Origin: a virus
Taxonomy: Duplodnaviria > Caudoviricetes
IMG/VR virus record: IMGVR_UViG_3300037400_004242
Length of the DNA: 64,000 bases
Reading direction: 5' to 3' (one strand)
Shown here: positions 1 to 10,146 of the stretch, piece after piece
Position numbering within the stretch: the stretch's first letter is position 1
Layout: the number at the start of each line of letters is the position of its first letter
Position numbers and translations under genes: made by a program
The notes under the pieces: generated by a model
Seen by the model: the letters and a program-made list of their open reading frames with translations, nothing else
What the model was told of the DNA's origin: nothing
The model's database searches: none

Positions 1-672
1 TATTCAGCGGCAAATGTTGGCGCAGAAGCATTAGCAAGAAGGTATATGGCATATCGTTTGCGGTTGGAATCTTGGATTCGTAATAAAGTATATAAACCAA
101 TTGCAGAAACGCAAGGATTTTATAAACCTATTAATGGTACAATTGCTCGTCGTTATATGTCTCCAAAAGAATTAAAACGTTCTGCGGCAAATAAAGAAAT
201 GGAATTAGTGGTTCCGAAAATTCTTTGGCAACATCAAGATTTGACATCAAATCAGACTATTATGTCTTTTATTCAGAGTTTAAGAGATAAAGGATTAGTA
301 TCTATGACTACGGTTCTTCCGTTGTTAGGATTGGATGCAGAGACTGAAAAACGCAATCTAGAAAGAGAACGTGGTAGCGTATTCGATGAAAATGCTCCTA
401 AGACAGGTCCACTTCCAAATGAAGGTAAACCTATTATGAATGAATATGAGACAGGCGAAACAATTCGCGAGAATAAACCTTCTAAAGATGAAGAAGAAAG
501 TGGATATTCAAGCCGTCCTGTTTCTCCAATGTCAAATGAAGCTCCTAGTGTAGGGAATAATCCTGAAGACTTCGGATTGGAAACACATCGTAATGTTCAA
601 ACATCATTAGATTTAAATAAATATTTTAATCGTCGCGGTTCAAATATTGAAACAAAAAGGATTAAAAAGTGA
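1..672 (+). CDS. Portal protein, C-terminal part (frame open from position 1)
   Basis: Frame 1 is open from the window start (YSAANVGAEALARRYMAYRLRLESWI...). It has a portal-like C-terminal segment (VSMTTVLPLLGLDAETEKRNLE) and a disordered tail, and lies upstream of the protease and capsid genes. Confidence 0.6.
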   Translation, partial: YSAANVGAEALARRYMAYRLRLESWIRNKVYKPIAETQGFYKPINGTIARRYMSPKELKRSAANKEMELVVPKILWQHQDLTSNQTIMSFIQSLRDKGLVSMTTVLPLLGLDAETEKRNLERERGSVFDENAPKTGPLPNEGKPIMNEYETGETIRENKPSKDEEESGYSSRPVSPMSNEAPSVGNNPEDFGLETHRNVQTSLDLNKYFNRRGSNIETKRIKK

Positions 673-1337
673 AGCAAAGACTTTATAATATTTACAAAGG
701 AATGAAGCGACGCTGTTATAATAAAAACTATGAAGAATACCATAATTATGGCGGTCGTGGAATAAAAATTTGTAAAGAATGGTTAGATAATTTTCAAAAT
801 TTTTATCGATGGTCTATTCAAAATGGTTACCAGGATAATTTAACGATAGATAGAATAAATGTTGATGGAAATTATGAACCTAAAAATTGCAGATGGGTTG
901 TAATGAAAGTTCAGCAGAATAATCGTAGAAATAATCATTATGTAATAGACCCATATACAAATGAGAAAATGTCTTTGGCTGAAATATGTGATAAATATCA
1001 TATGCCATATAATTTAGTAAATAATCGTCTTTGGAAAATGCATTGGGATTTAAAACGTGCATTAGAAGAACCTGCTCACAAAAAACACGAATATGTAAAT
1101 GAAAAATTATATAGGATGTATAAAAGAAAAGTTAAAAAGAATTGTTGTGAAGAATGGAAAGATTATTTTATTTTTAAAAAATGGTGTATAGGGCATCATT
1201 ATTGCGAAGAAACTAAAAATCTTTGGAAGAATAATAATGATGTGTACAATCCGAAGAACTGTGAATTCATTTCAGATAAAGAAATGCATATTCGAGCAGG
1301 GAAATTAAGTGCAATTAAAAGGAAGGTAACTACTTAA
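669..1337 (+). CDS. HNH-type homing endonuclease
   Basis: RLYNIYKGMKRRCYN..YHNYGGRGIKIC.EW and LTIDRINVDGNYEPKNCRW motifs, with a degenerate second copy of the domain at the C-terminus. Confidence 0.75.
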   Translation: MKQRLYNIYKGMKRRCYNKNYEEYHNYGGRGIKICKEWLDNFQNFYRWSIQNGYQDNLTIDRINVDGNYEPKNCRWVVMKVQQNNRRNNHYVIDPYTNEKMSLAEICDKYHMPYNLVNNRLWKMHWDLKRALEEPAHKKHEYVNEKLYRMYKRKVKKNCCEEWKDYFIFKKWCIGHHYCEETKNLWKNNNDVYNPKNCEFISDKEMHIRAGKLSAIKRKVTT

Positions 1338-2356
1338 TGGAACATTCTGTAAGAAGTATTTCAAAAGAATTGCAAATACAAATTGAAAATATTTTGAATA
1401 ATAGTTACATTGATGCTCCGTTGTTTGAAAAAGCAGAATCCATTAAAAATGCTTTGTTAAATTGTGTTTCTAGTATAAGTAATTCTGCAAAACAATCTAT
1501 GGATGAAACATATCAAGAATCGAAAGAATATCGTCAATTTATTGATACATATTGTGATTCTCTTGTAGATTGGAAAATGCAGGTATATGTTGTATTAGAA
1601 AAGATAAATAATGAATATCATTCATTTAATAGGAATTTTATTCAAGAATTTATGCAGATTTGTAATCAAGAAATTCAATTTGTGTTTAAAAATTTACAAT
1701 ATATTATTATTCAAGAAAAACAAATACCTGCTAAATTTATATCGCATCATTCAGCTTGTGAAGTCTGTAAGTTTGCAGAACAAAATGAATTTGTAAATAA
1801 AGATTTTTTGTCTTATGATACATGTGATTCTTATTTTGTAAAACAAACGGATATGTTAGAAACAGATAATCTTATATCTAATGATATTCGTATGTATAAT
1901 GTTCCAAAGAAGTTTAAGAAACAAATTGCATCTTTTTATAAGATAGTACATTTAAAATACAAAGATTATATTAAAAATAATGTAAAAATAAAATTTGTAC
2001 AAGAATTTGATTTTGGAGAAAAATATAAAAATATTATAGATTGTATGCAATTCTGTTATGATAGTGAAACGGAAACGAATTACATAAAATTTGAGCCTAA
2101 TAGTTTTCAATATTACATCTTAAAATCTATTTTAAAAACAGGAAATAATTACGACGAAGTAAAAGAAATCTATTATTCTAAAACAAGCAAAGACGTGATT
2201 TTATCAGATGTGAAATTTATTAATTTTTTAGCAGGACAAAGTGCAGAAGATTATTACTATGAAACATTAATCTCATATATTTTGAATCCTGAAAAATTGG
2301 AATCTATAGATAAAGAGATTTATAATTTTTGGTATACAGAAATTGAGAGGGTATAA
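1337..2356 (+). CDS. Hypothetical protein, possibly a minor head (MuF-like) protein
   Basis: Position after the portal; CEVC motif; C-terminal EDYYYETLISYILNPEKL resembles a degenerate zincin-like tail. Confidence 0.3.
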   Translation: MEHSVRSISKELQIQIENILNNSYIDAPLFEKAESIKNALLNCVSSISNSAKQSMDETYQESKEYRQFIDTYCDSLVDWKMQVYVVLEKINNEYHSFNRNFIQEFMQICNQEIQFVFKNLQYIIIQEKQIPAKFISHHSACEVCKFAEQNEFVNKDFLSYDTCDSYFVKQTDMLETDNLISNDIRMYNVPKKFKKQIASFYKIVHLKYKDYIKNNVKIKFVQEFDFGEKYKNIIDCMQFCYDSETETNYIKFEPNSFQYYILKSILKTGNNYDEVKEIYYSKTSKDVILSDVKFINFLAGQSAEDYYYETLISYILNPEKLESIDKEIYNFWYTEIERV

Positions 2357-2358
2357 TC

Positions 2359-2673
2359 TTGTATAGCTTTATGATAAAAAAAGATGAAACTGTTTTAGCA
2401 AAAGTTGCTGTTGATGAAAAAACAGATAATATTGGATTCATTGGTAAAACAGATAATAGTTTAAATAAAATATTGAATATGTTAGTAGACATGCCATATT
2501 TGATAGTTACGACCGGAGATAAGATTCATTCATCATATGTACAAATGCATGAAAAAATATCGGTCAAAGATAAAAGATTTTATCAGGTTTTAAAATCACA
2601 ATTAGTACAATATGATTTTACAGAGCCAAAAACATATGATGAACAATATACATTACAAGATATTTTGAATTAA
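2359..2673 (+). CDS. Hypothetical protein
   Basis: ORF packed tightly in the operon, with a GAGAGGG RBS. Confidence 0.5.
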   Translation: MYSFMIKKDETVLAKVAVDEKTDNIGFIGKTDNSLNKILNMLVDMPYLIVTTGDKIHSSYVQMHEKISVKDKRFYQVLKSQLVQYDFTEPKTYDEQYTLQDILN

Positions 2674-2704
2674 AATCTCCGTTTATATAAAGGAGAGAAA
2701 ATTT

Positions 2705-3004
2705 ATGTTTAAACGATTGAGTAATCATGTATCTCCATATACGCATAATGTTGTTACTTCTTTGGTAGATAAACAAGCAACAAGAAAAATGCAAGCAAAT
2801 GATGCGTTATTGCTTGCGAAACAAATTCTTGCAGATTTGCCATTAGTTCCAACAGGTGGATTGACATATAATTTAGCACAGTCTATTCAGTTTGGATTAT
2901 TAGATGAAGTATGCCCAATTGAAGATGCTCATAAACATTGGCAAGATTGCTTAGATGTTGCAGAGAGATATTTAAAAGAAATGAAAATTTGGGAGACATT
3001 TTAA
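2705..3004 (+). CDS. Hypothetical head-module protein (N-terminal KRL motif)
   Basis: AAGGAG RBS; begins MFKRLS. Confidence 0.55.
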   Translation: MFKRLSNHVSPYTHNVVTSLVDKQATRKMQANDALLLAKQILADLPLVPTGGLTYNLAQSIQFGLLDEVCPIEDAHKHWQDCLDVAERYLKEMKIWETF

Positions 3005-3027
3005 GTGTATATGGAGTTGACATATAA

Positions 3028-3936
3028 ATGTTAGTAATAAATAATACAAAAGGAAGAATTGAAGATTTTACAGAATTAAAGAATGGATTGATAACATTTT
3101 ATGGCAATTCAAAAGTAGATACTTCCTTATTGAAAGATAGTAAAACATTAGAATCTATTAATCCAAGAACAAAAACAGCAAAAGTTGTCAAGATTGTTCC
3201 TCGTGAAAAAGATTTTATATATATTCGTAATCGTGCAGTATCAGCAGGAAACGTTATAGAACATAAAAGCGGGGAAGTAGAGCTTGTTCCTATTGATGAA
3301 TATTATAATAACTTCCCAAAGTATTCTCAGGTTTGTAGAAATGCAAATTTAAATGGCGATTTTTTTGCTCATGAAGAACTTTTAAAAACATATAAAACAT
3401 TTATTGGTAAGTCTGTTTTTGTTGACCATGTAGATGAAAATGTAGAAGATGCTCGTGGAATTATTTTAGATGCTATTTATAATACAAATGGATATTTCGT
3501 TGAATTATTAGAAGCTATTGATAAAAAGGCTTTTCCACAGCTTGCTTCAGGAATTGAAAAACGTTATATTACAGATACATCTATGGGTTGTCATTGTGAA
3601 TATGCAATTTGTTCCATTTGTGGACATAAAGCATATAGTGACGTAGATATTTGTGAACATGTTTTAAACTACAAAGGTTTAACTTATAATGGTTTGCCAG
3701 TTTTTGAAGATAATCGAGGGGTAGAATTCTTTGAAGATAGTTTGGTTAGTGAAGGTGCAGATGCAGATGCAAAAATTCTTGAACGAGTTGCAGGTAAACA
3801 AAATCGTTCTAATGTGTTTGTTCCTAAATATTATCATAAGCATGAAAATAAATATGTAAATGAAAAAAATCAAAGAACTTTTGATGGAAGAGTTCAATCA
3901 TTAAGCGACCAATTAAAAAATTTACCGTGGTCATAA
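3028..3936 (+). CDS. Prohead (capsid maturation) protease
   Basis: NLNGDFF..EEL..YKTFIGKSVFVDH, ARGIILDA and TSMGC..A.CSICG...C.H motifs typical of large-phage head proteases; lies between portal and capsid. Confidence 0.7.
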   Translation: MLVINNTKGRIEDFTELKNGLITFYGNSKVDTSLLKDSKTLESINPRTKTAKVVKIVPREKDFIYIRNRAVSAGNVIEHKSGEVELVPIDEYYNNFPKYSQVCRNANLNGDFFAHEELLKTYKTFIGKSVFVDHVDENVEDARGIILDAIYNTNGYFVELLEAIDKKAFPQLASGIEKRYITDTSMGCHCEYAICSICGHKAYSDVDICEHVLNYKGLTYNGLPVFEDNRGVEFFEDSLVSEGADADAKILERVAGKQNRSNVFVPKYYHKHENKYVNEKNQRTFDGRVQSLSDQLKNLPWS

Positions 3937-3942
3937 TATAAT

Positions 3943-3974
3943 AAAAGAGTATCAATTATTGATACTCTTTTTTT
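3943..3974 (+). terminator. Intrinsic terminator
   Basis: AAAAGAGTATCAA-tta-TTGATACTCTTTT followed by a T-run after the protease gene. Confidence 0.75.
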
Positions 3975-5433
3975 GTATGGGAGATATTATATGGTAAAAA
4001 TATATCAAATTATAGATGTAAACACAAATGAAGTAATTTATGTTGGACAAACAGTACAGACGTTGCAACATAGATTTTCTAGTCACATGAAATACAATAA
4101 AGAACTAATTGAGTATGTTCAAAGAACAAAACATGAAATAAAAATAGAATTAATAAAAGAAGTAAATGATGAAGAGAAATTTATTGAAGAAACACGCTAT
4201 ACAATAGAAGCATATAAAAAGAATAAAAATTTGTTAAATTTAAGATTTGGTCAATTTAGTAAAGAAAAAATACAAAATTATTTAAATTTATCTACAGATG
4301 AAATTTTAAATAGTTTATATCAAATAAAAATGAAATCTTCAAGAAAAGTTAATAAGGAAAAACAATCATTTATATATGTAATATTTGATTGTCCGATTAA
4401 AAAGTATTTGGTTGATAATATTGATAATTTAAATAACCATCAATTGCAAAATATATTTTTATCTTTAATAAAAAAGATTCCAAAAAATATAAATGTCTAT
4501 ATTGGATTTTGTACATGCGATGGAAAGATTTTTGATTCATCTAGTAGTAAAAAGACATATCAAGATAAATTATTACATTCTGATATGATATTAAAAATAT
4601 ATTATAATACATGGAATAACGTTAGAGATATGGCGTTTATTTATGGATTAATTTTATATCAACAAGGCTTTAATTATATTAATACGATGATGGGAAAATA
4701 TCACATAAAATATATTCAGCAAATGATAGATATATTAAAATATCCATCATTGAAAAATTTAATTAAAGATGTTTGTTTTGAAAAAAATAAGAAGTATAGA
4801 ATTGCTATTGCTGAGAATGTTTTAACTAAAGAAAAATATATTTTTAAAACGAAAAACTCCATTGTAAAATCTACAATTCGGTCTTTAGATAATACAGATA
4901 ATATGGATATTCGTAAAAGATATGAGTTATTTAAAACATATGAAATATGTATTTGTAATAATAAAAAAGATGCTATTGAGAAACATTGTTCTATTGTTAA
5001 AGAATATTTAGATAAAGGAGAAAAATTGTATAATAAAAGAATTGGTAACAAATTAACAAAAGAACAAAATGAAAAATTAAATCAATATAGACATGCATCA
5101 TATGAAGCATGGAACAAAGGAAAAAGTTGGTCTGAAGAACATAAAAGAAAATTATCTATATCACATAAAGACCAGAAACCAACAAGAAAATGTATTCAAC
5201 GTTCTATAGAGTGTCATAAAGGAAAAAAGCAAAGTCAAGATACAATTCAAAAAAGAATACAAAGTTTACATAAAAAAGTAAAGTGCATCCCATTAAATAT
5301 GATTTTTGATAGTGCAAGAGAAGCTGGACAAAAATTTGGATTAAAAACGAAAACAATTCAACAAGCAATAAAGCGTGGAACATATTGTGGAGAATATAAT
5401 AATATTAAGTTGAAATGGGAATATGTGAAATGA
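3973..5433 (+). CDS. GIY-YIG homing endonuclease with NUMOD3-type DNA-binding repeats (start probably 3991)
   Basis: KIYQI...IYVGQT...RFSSH N-terminus; AWNKGKSWSEEHKRKLSISH repeats; C-terminal HTH (FDSAREA). Confidence 0.75.
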   Translation: MYGRYYMVKIYQIIDVNTNEVIYVGQTVQTLQHRFSSHMKYNKELIEYVQRTKHEIKIELIKEVNDEEKFIEETRYTIEAYKKNKNLLNLRFGQFSKEKIQNYLNLSTDEILNSLYQIKMKSSRKVNKEKQSFIYVIFDCPIKKYLVDNIDNLNNHQLQNIFLSLIKKIPKNINVYIGFCTCDGKIFDSSSSKKTYQDKLLHSDMILKIYYNTWNNVRDMAFIYGLILYQQGFNYINTMMGKYHIKYIQQMIDILKYPSLKNLIKDVCFEKNKKYRIAIAENVLTKEKYIFKTKNSIVKSTIRSLDNTDNMDIRKRYELFKTYEICICNNKKDAIEKHCSIVKEYLDKGEKLYNKRIGNKLTKEQNEKLNQYRHASYEAWNKGKSWSEEHKRKLSISHKDQKPTRKCIQRSIECHKGKKQSQDTIQKRIQSLHKKVKCIPLNMIFDSAREAGQKFGLKTKTIQQAIKRGTYCGEYNNIKLKWEYVK

Positions 5434-5479
5434 TTGTTGCTATATTTATTTTAGATGATAAAATTTTGATATAAAAGAG

Positions 5480-5983
5480 TTGATATATATGAAAAAACGC
5501 TTAATTCGTGCAGACGCAACACAATCTATTGAAACAATTATTAAAGATGTTGCTTCTGATGGTAGAGACATTTTGAAGCAATTGGAAAATTTTAAATTTA
5601 AAATGGCTCAATGTGCAAAAATTTCTGTAAATGAAGAAATTAATGATAAAATTAATCAGCAATATGACATGATTGACAAAATTATGGATGGATTATTTGC
5701 TGTGTGTTATGATTTAGAAAATGTTAATTTGGTCCCACAATATAATAATGACCAAATTGATATGAGTAATCAAGATGCTCCTGACTCTGATAATAATTAT
5801 TATGATTTGAATGATGAAATGCCTGCTGATACAACTCCTGATGAAGAAGAGCAACCAGCGGAAGAAGAATCTTCTGAAGAAGAAAACGGAGAAGAAATGG
5901 GTATGAATGAAGAATCAGAAAATAATGAGGAAGAAAATTCTTCAGAGGAAGAAAATACTGAAGAAAGTAATAATAACGAGTAA
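5480..5983 (+). CDS. Acidic-tailed head-associated protein
   Basis: KKRLIRA N-terminus, helical core and Glu/Asn-rich C-terminus; in the head module. Confidence 0.5.
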   Translation: MIYMKKRLIRADATQSIETIIKDVASDGRDILKQLENFKFKMAQCAKISVNEEINDKINQQYDMIDKIMDGLFAVCYDLENVNLVPQYNNDQIDMSNQDAPDSDNNYYDLNDEMPADTTPDEEEQPAEEESSEEENGEEMGMNEESENNEEENSSEEENTEESNNNE

Positions 5984-6003
5984 ACAGGAAAGGGAAATTC
6001 AAA

Positions 6004-6696
6004 TTGAAACTTAAAATTGTAAAACCAAAACCAAAGTTTTATAGAATTTCTTATGCTATGTTGAAAAATGTTACGCAGAAAAAAGTTCAACCAGCAGAAG
6101 TTCAAAAAAATAATGTAACTGTAAAACAAACGGCAAAATTTGCAGATAAATATGATAAAATTGTTGATGAAGCAGTTCGTAAACATTTAATTGATGAATC
6201 AGATAGAGAAACTAAATTGTTAGAATTAAAATCTTTATCTGATGAAGAATTTAAACAGTATGAACAACAAGTAAATCAAGAAGAAAATATAAATGTTGAT
6301 AATATTGCTGAAAAAGAGCAAGAACAAGATAATATGACAGAAGCAGAAAAAGCTCTTGCTCGTATTCGTAAATCAGGTCCTATTATTGGAGATTTTTCTG
6401 ATGAATCAAATGTCACAGTTGCTAGTACAGGATTTAGTTCATCAGAGAATCGTTCTTTAGCAGATATAAAAGCAAAAAGACAATTAGATGTAAATTCATT
6501 TAATGAAGAAAATTTAATGGATGATGCATTAATGCATTTGGGACAAAAATTACAAAAAAAAGAACAAACCGCGAATGTTAAACCTATGGGGAATTTAAAA
6601 GGTTTGACAAAACCAATTGTTCATGAAAATCAACAATTTAAAAATAATATTTCTGATATATTTAGTAATTTAAATTGGACAATGGGAAGCAGGTAA
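6004..6696 (+). CDS. Putative scaffold / head assembly protein
   Basis: Charged helical protein between the protease and capsid genes; function inferred from position. Confidence 0.4.
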   Translation: MKLKIVKPKPKFYRISYAMLKNVTQKKVQPAEVQKNNVTVKQTAKFADKYDKIVDEAVRKHLIDESDRETKLLELKSLSDEEFKQYEQQVNQEENINVDNIAEKEQEQDNMTEAEKALARIRKSGPIIGDFSDESNVTVASTGFSSSENRSLADIKAKRQLDVNSFNEENLMDDALMHLGQKLQKKEQTANVKPMGNLKGLTKPIVHENQQFKNNISDIFSNLNWTMGSR

Positions 6697-6699
6697 CAT

Positions 6700-8379
6700 A
6701 TGTTAAAATATCTAGATAATTATCAAGGTATAGATTCTTTAAAAAATATGTCATTTGATGATTTGAATGGGTTAATTAAAGATATAGAAATATTAATATT
6801 AAAAAGATGCGAAACAATTGGAGGGCATTTAGCAACTAATATTAGTAATGTAGAAAGTGTTGTAATGTTATATCGCCATTTTAATCCTAAGAATGGATAT
6901 ATTGTGTATGATACTGCCCATGAAGGTTATACACATAAGATTTTAACCGATAGAAAAGATGTTTTTTTAAACAAATTAAAAGTTGGAACGTTAACAACAC
7001 CAAGAGAATCAAAATATGATTGTGTTGGATGTTCACATGGTGGAGTTGGTGCTTCATATTTATGTGGATTTGCTAAAGCAACAGATAAGCCATGCGTACT
7101 ATATGTTGGTGATGGCACGTTAACAAATGGCACAGAATTGGAAGGGCTAAATCAAATTGCTATGTTAAAAAGAAATGTTGTTATTGTGGTTAATGATAAC
7201 AGAATAACAATTATGTCTAGTTCTGGTGGAGTTTATAAACATTTAAATCAAGATTTTTTTAATTCTTTTGGTTTAGATTATATTGAAGTAAAAAATGGAT
7301 ATAACTTAAAAGAATTAGATAAAGCATATGATAAAGCATTTTCTGTTAATCATCCAATTGTTGTGCATGTACATACTGTAAAAGGTAAAGGTTATATTTA
7401 TTCAGAAAAGAATCCTACAAAATGGCATTTTTGTGATGAAGGTTTTAATGTATTAAAGGGAGACAATCATTATGCCGAAGGCGAATTACTAGATTTGTTA
7501 GATGATGTTATATCTGATATAATGAAAAAGAAACAAAATGTATATGCAGTTTCAACTTCGATGCCAGATTTGGGATTTGGGGAAAAAGTACAATCTTTTA
7601 AAAATAGATATTATGATGTTGGTATGGCAGAAGAACACGCATTTGTAGAATCTTGTGGTATTTCTCTTGCTGGTGGATATGCAATATTAGGAACATATTC
7701 AACATTTTCTCAAAGAATGTATGATATGATAATGACTTGTGGTACATTTGATAATATTAATATGACAATTCTTTTGCATGAAAGTGGTGTGAAGGAGAAT
7801 AATATATTTCAAAATGGGATGTATGATATATCAATGTTTAATCAGTCTCCGTATATTACAGAATTGTGCCCAGTAACAATGAATGATATTATATCAATGT
7901 TATATTATACAACATCTCAAAAAGGTATTTATGTTATTCGTATTCCAAATGGAATAGATGAAATAAATAATGAAAAATTGTATTTTGATAAAAATAGTTC
8001 TATGCAAATTCTTTCGTCAAATAACACAGATTTGATTTTTATAGGAATAGGAAAATCTATTTATGAAGCTAAGAAATATTCAGAGAAATATCCGTCAACA
8101 TTAATTTGCAGTATATCTAATCAATTAAATACTGAAATTTTAGATAATTTTAAAAAATCAAAATTAATTGTTGTGTTTGAAGATGGAATAGTTAGTGGTG
8201 GATTTGGAGATAAAATTAATAGATATTTTGCTTTAGATGATGTTAAAGTTTTGCCTGTAGGAATATCAAATTATAATTATTTTGGCAATCCAAATGATAA
8301 GAATATAGAAGATATTTATAAAGAAAATGATATTGATTTTGACTCTATTTGTAAAAAAATTGATAGTGTGATAAAATGA
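6700..8379 (+). CDS. dxs: DXS (1-deoxy-D-xylulose-5-phosphate synthase)-like ThDP-dependent enzyme
   Basis: GGHLA, YDTAHEGYTHKILTDR, ThDP motif GDG...NDN, HVHTVKGKGY, DVGMAEEHA, YSTFSQR, GGFG. Confidence 0.85.
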   Translation: MLKYLDNYQGIDSLKNMSFDDLNGLIKDIEILILKRCETIGGHLATNISNVESVVMLYRHFNPKNGYIVYDTAHEGYTHKILTDRKDVFLNKLKVGTLTTPRESKYDCVGCSHGGVGASYLCGFAKATDKPCVLYVGDGTLTNGTELEGLNQIAMLKRNVVIVVNDNRITIMSSSGGVYKHLNQDFFNSFGLDYIEVKNGYNLKELDKAYDKAFSVNHPIVVHVHTVKGKGYIYSEKNPTKWHFCDEGFNVLKGDNHYAEGELLDLLDDVISDIMKKKQNVYAVSTSMPDLGFGEKVQSFKNRYYDVGMAEEHAFVESCGISLAGGYAILGTYSTFSQRMYDMIMTCGTFDNINMTILLHESGVKENNIFQNGMYDISMFNQSPYITELCPVTMNDIISMLYYTTSQKGIYVIRIPNGIDEINNEKLYFDKNSSMQILSSNNTDLIFIGIGKSIYEAKKYSEKYPSTLICSISNQLNTEILDNFKKSKLIVVFEDGIVSGGFGDKINRYFALDDVKVLPVGISNYNYFGNPNDKNIEDIYKENDIDFDSICKKIDSVIK

Positions 8380-9158
8380 AAATTCCTAAAATGACTTTTT
8401 ATATAAATTCTAATTGTAATTTAAATTGCAAAGGTTGTGCTCACTTTGCTCCATTAGCTAAACCTTGGAAAATAAAATTAGAAGATTTTGAAAATGAAGC
8501 TAATTTAATACATGATTTATGTGAACCAAAACAGATTTCAATACTAGGTGGGGAACCGTTATTACATGATGAATTGGACGAAATATTGAAATATGCAAGA
8601 AAAATATTTATAAAACAAAAAATTTCATTTGTAACGAATGGTGTATTGTTAAATAAACATTTTGATAAAGATTTGTTTAAATGTATTAAAGAAAATAATA
8701 TTAATATCCGATTTTCTGTATATCCTATTGATGTAAATTATAATTTGATTTTTAAAAAATTAGATTTATTAAAAATTTCGTATGATATGGAAAATGATTT
8801 TGTGAATAATAAAAACGAGCCGTGGTTTCATTATCATTATCATAATAAGAAAAATAAAACAGCTAGATATTGTTATATACGTGACGCTTTAGATAGTCCA
8901 CAAGTTTATAATTATAAAATTTTTGGATGTGCAACAACGGCATATATTTGTCATTTTAATCAATATTTTAATGAAAATTTTGAGTTAAAAGAAGATGATT
9001 ATTTAGACTTAAAAACATGTTCTATTGATGAATTTAATAAATTTATTCACAATTTGCATAAAAATGGAACATCATTTTGTCACAATTATTGTAGTTATGA
9101 CATTGATGATAAATGGAAATGGGGATTAACAGAAAGGAATAAAAAAGAATGGACATAA
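8376..9158 (+). CDS. Short radical SAM enzyme (HFAP group, copy 1)
   Basis: CNLNCKGCAHFAP (CxxxCxxC), GGEPLLH, TNG, and C-terminal Cys residues that could bind an auxiliary cluster. Confidence 0.85.
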   Translation: MKIPKMTFYINSNCNLNCKGCAHFAPLAKPWKIKLEDFENEANLIHDLCEPKQISILGGEPLLHDELDEILKYARKIFIKQKISFVTNGVLLNKHFDKDLFKCIKENNINIRFSVYPIDVNYNLIFKKLDLLKISYDMENDFVNNKNEPWFHYHYHNKKNKTARYCYIRDALDSPQVYNYKIFGCATTAYICHFNQYFNENFELKEDDYLDLKTCSIDEFNKFIHNLHKNGTSFCHNYCSYDIDDKWKWGLTERNKKEWT

Positions 9159-10132
9159 AGTTCTCAATTATTATACCTACTCATAATCGACCAAAATTAT
9201 TAAAAGAGAATTTATTATCAATATTAAGGCAATCATATAAAAATTTTGAAGCCATTGTTGTTGATGATAATTCATCAAATGATAATAAAAATAAAAATAA
9301 ACAAGTTATAAATAATTTAAATGATGATAGAATTAAATATTTTTATTTAAAGCAAAATGTGTTGGCTAGAAAAGCTAGAAATTATGGAATAAAAAAATCT
9401 AGTGGTAATTGGCTTCTTTATTTAGATGATGATAATCTTTTATTAGATAACGCTTTAGAAATTTTTGTTAAAAACATAAATACATTTAATAATATTAAAG
9501 TTTTTACAACAAGATATAAATTTTATGAAAATAACAAATGGTATGAAGAAGGAAATGATTTATCCTTATTAAAAAACCCATTTAATTTGTGGAATATTGA
9601 TACATGTTGTATTTTACATCATCGTGATTGTATCAAAAAATGCGATGTATGGAATGAAAATTATATTGTGTTAGACGATTTTGAATTTGTAATTAGATAT
9701 TATTTGGCATATCAAAATAATTATAAATTTATTAATTATGTTTGTATACAAAAAGAACCTGATACATATGCTAGTTCTAGAATATTTATAAATGATAAAT
9801 TAGAATGTTTTAAACGGTTTTATTATGATTATAATAGAAAATATGGATATGAACTGATGAAAATGTTAATTATAAGTGATGATGCCAATTGTTTAAATGA
9901 TATATTACCACATTTATTTTCTTTTTTTTATATTAATATTCAAAATAAATTAAAAAAGGATGATTTAAAAAAGTATGATGTTGTTTATCAATATAAAAAT
10001 GGTAGTTTATTAAATAATATTAATAATTTTTGCGAAGGACATAATAATGTGCCTTTAAATTTTTCATACAAAAATAATAATGAATGGATTTATATCAAGA
10101 AAAATAAATTTGTTGACAATTATGATATATAG
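9149..10132 (+). CDS. Glycosyltransferase family 2
   Basis: FSIIIPTHNR, VVDDNS, ARNYG, YLDDD. Confidence 0.9.
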   Translation: MDIKFSIIIPTHNRPKLLKENLLSILRQSYKNFEAIVVDDNSSNDNKNKNKQVINNLNDDRIKYFYLKQNVLARKARNYGIKKSSGNWLLYLDDDNLLLDNALEIFVKNINTFNNIKVFTTRYKFYENNKWYEEGNDLSLLKNPFNLWNIDTCCILHHRDCIKKCDVWNENYIVLDDFEFVIRYYLAYQNNYKFINYVCIQKEPDTYASSRIFINDKLECFKRFYYDYNRKYGYELMKMLIISDDANCLNDILPHLFSFFYINIQNKLKKDDLKKYDVVYQYKNGSLLNNINNFCEGHNNVPLNFSYKNNNEWIYIKKNKFVDNYDI

Positions 10133-10146
10133 AGGAAGGGAAAATT

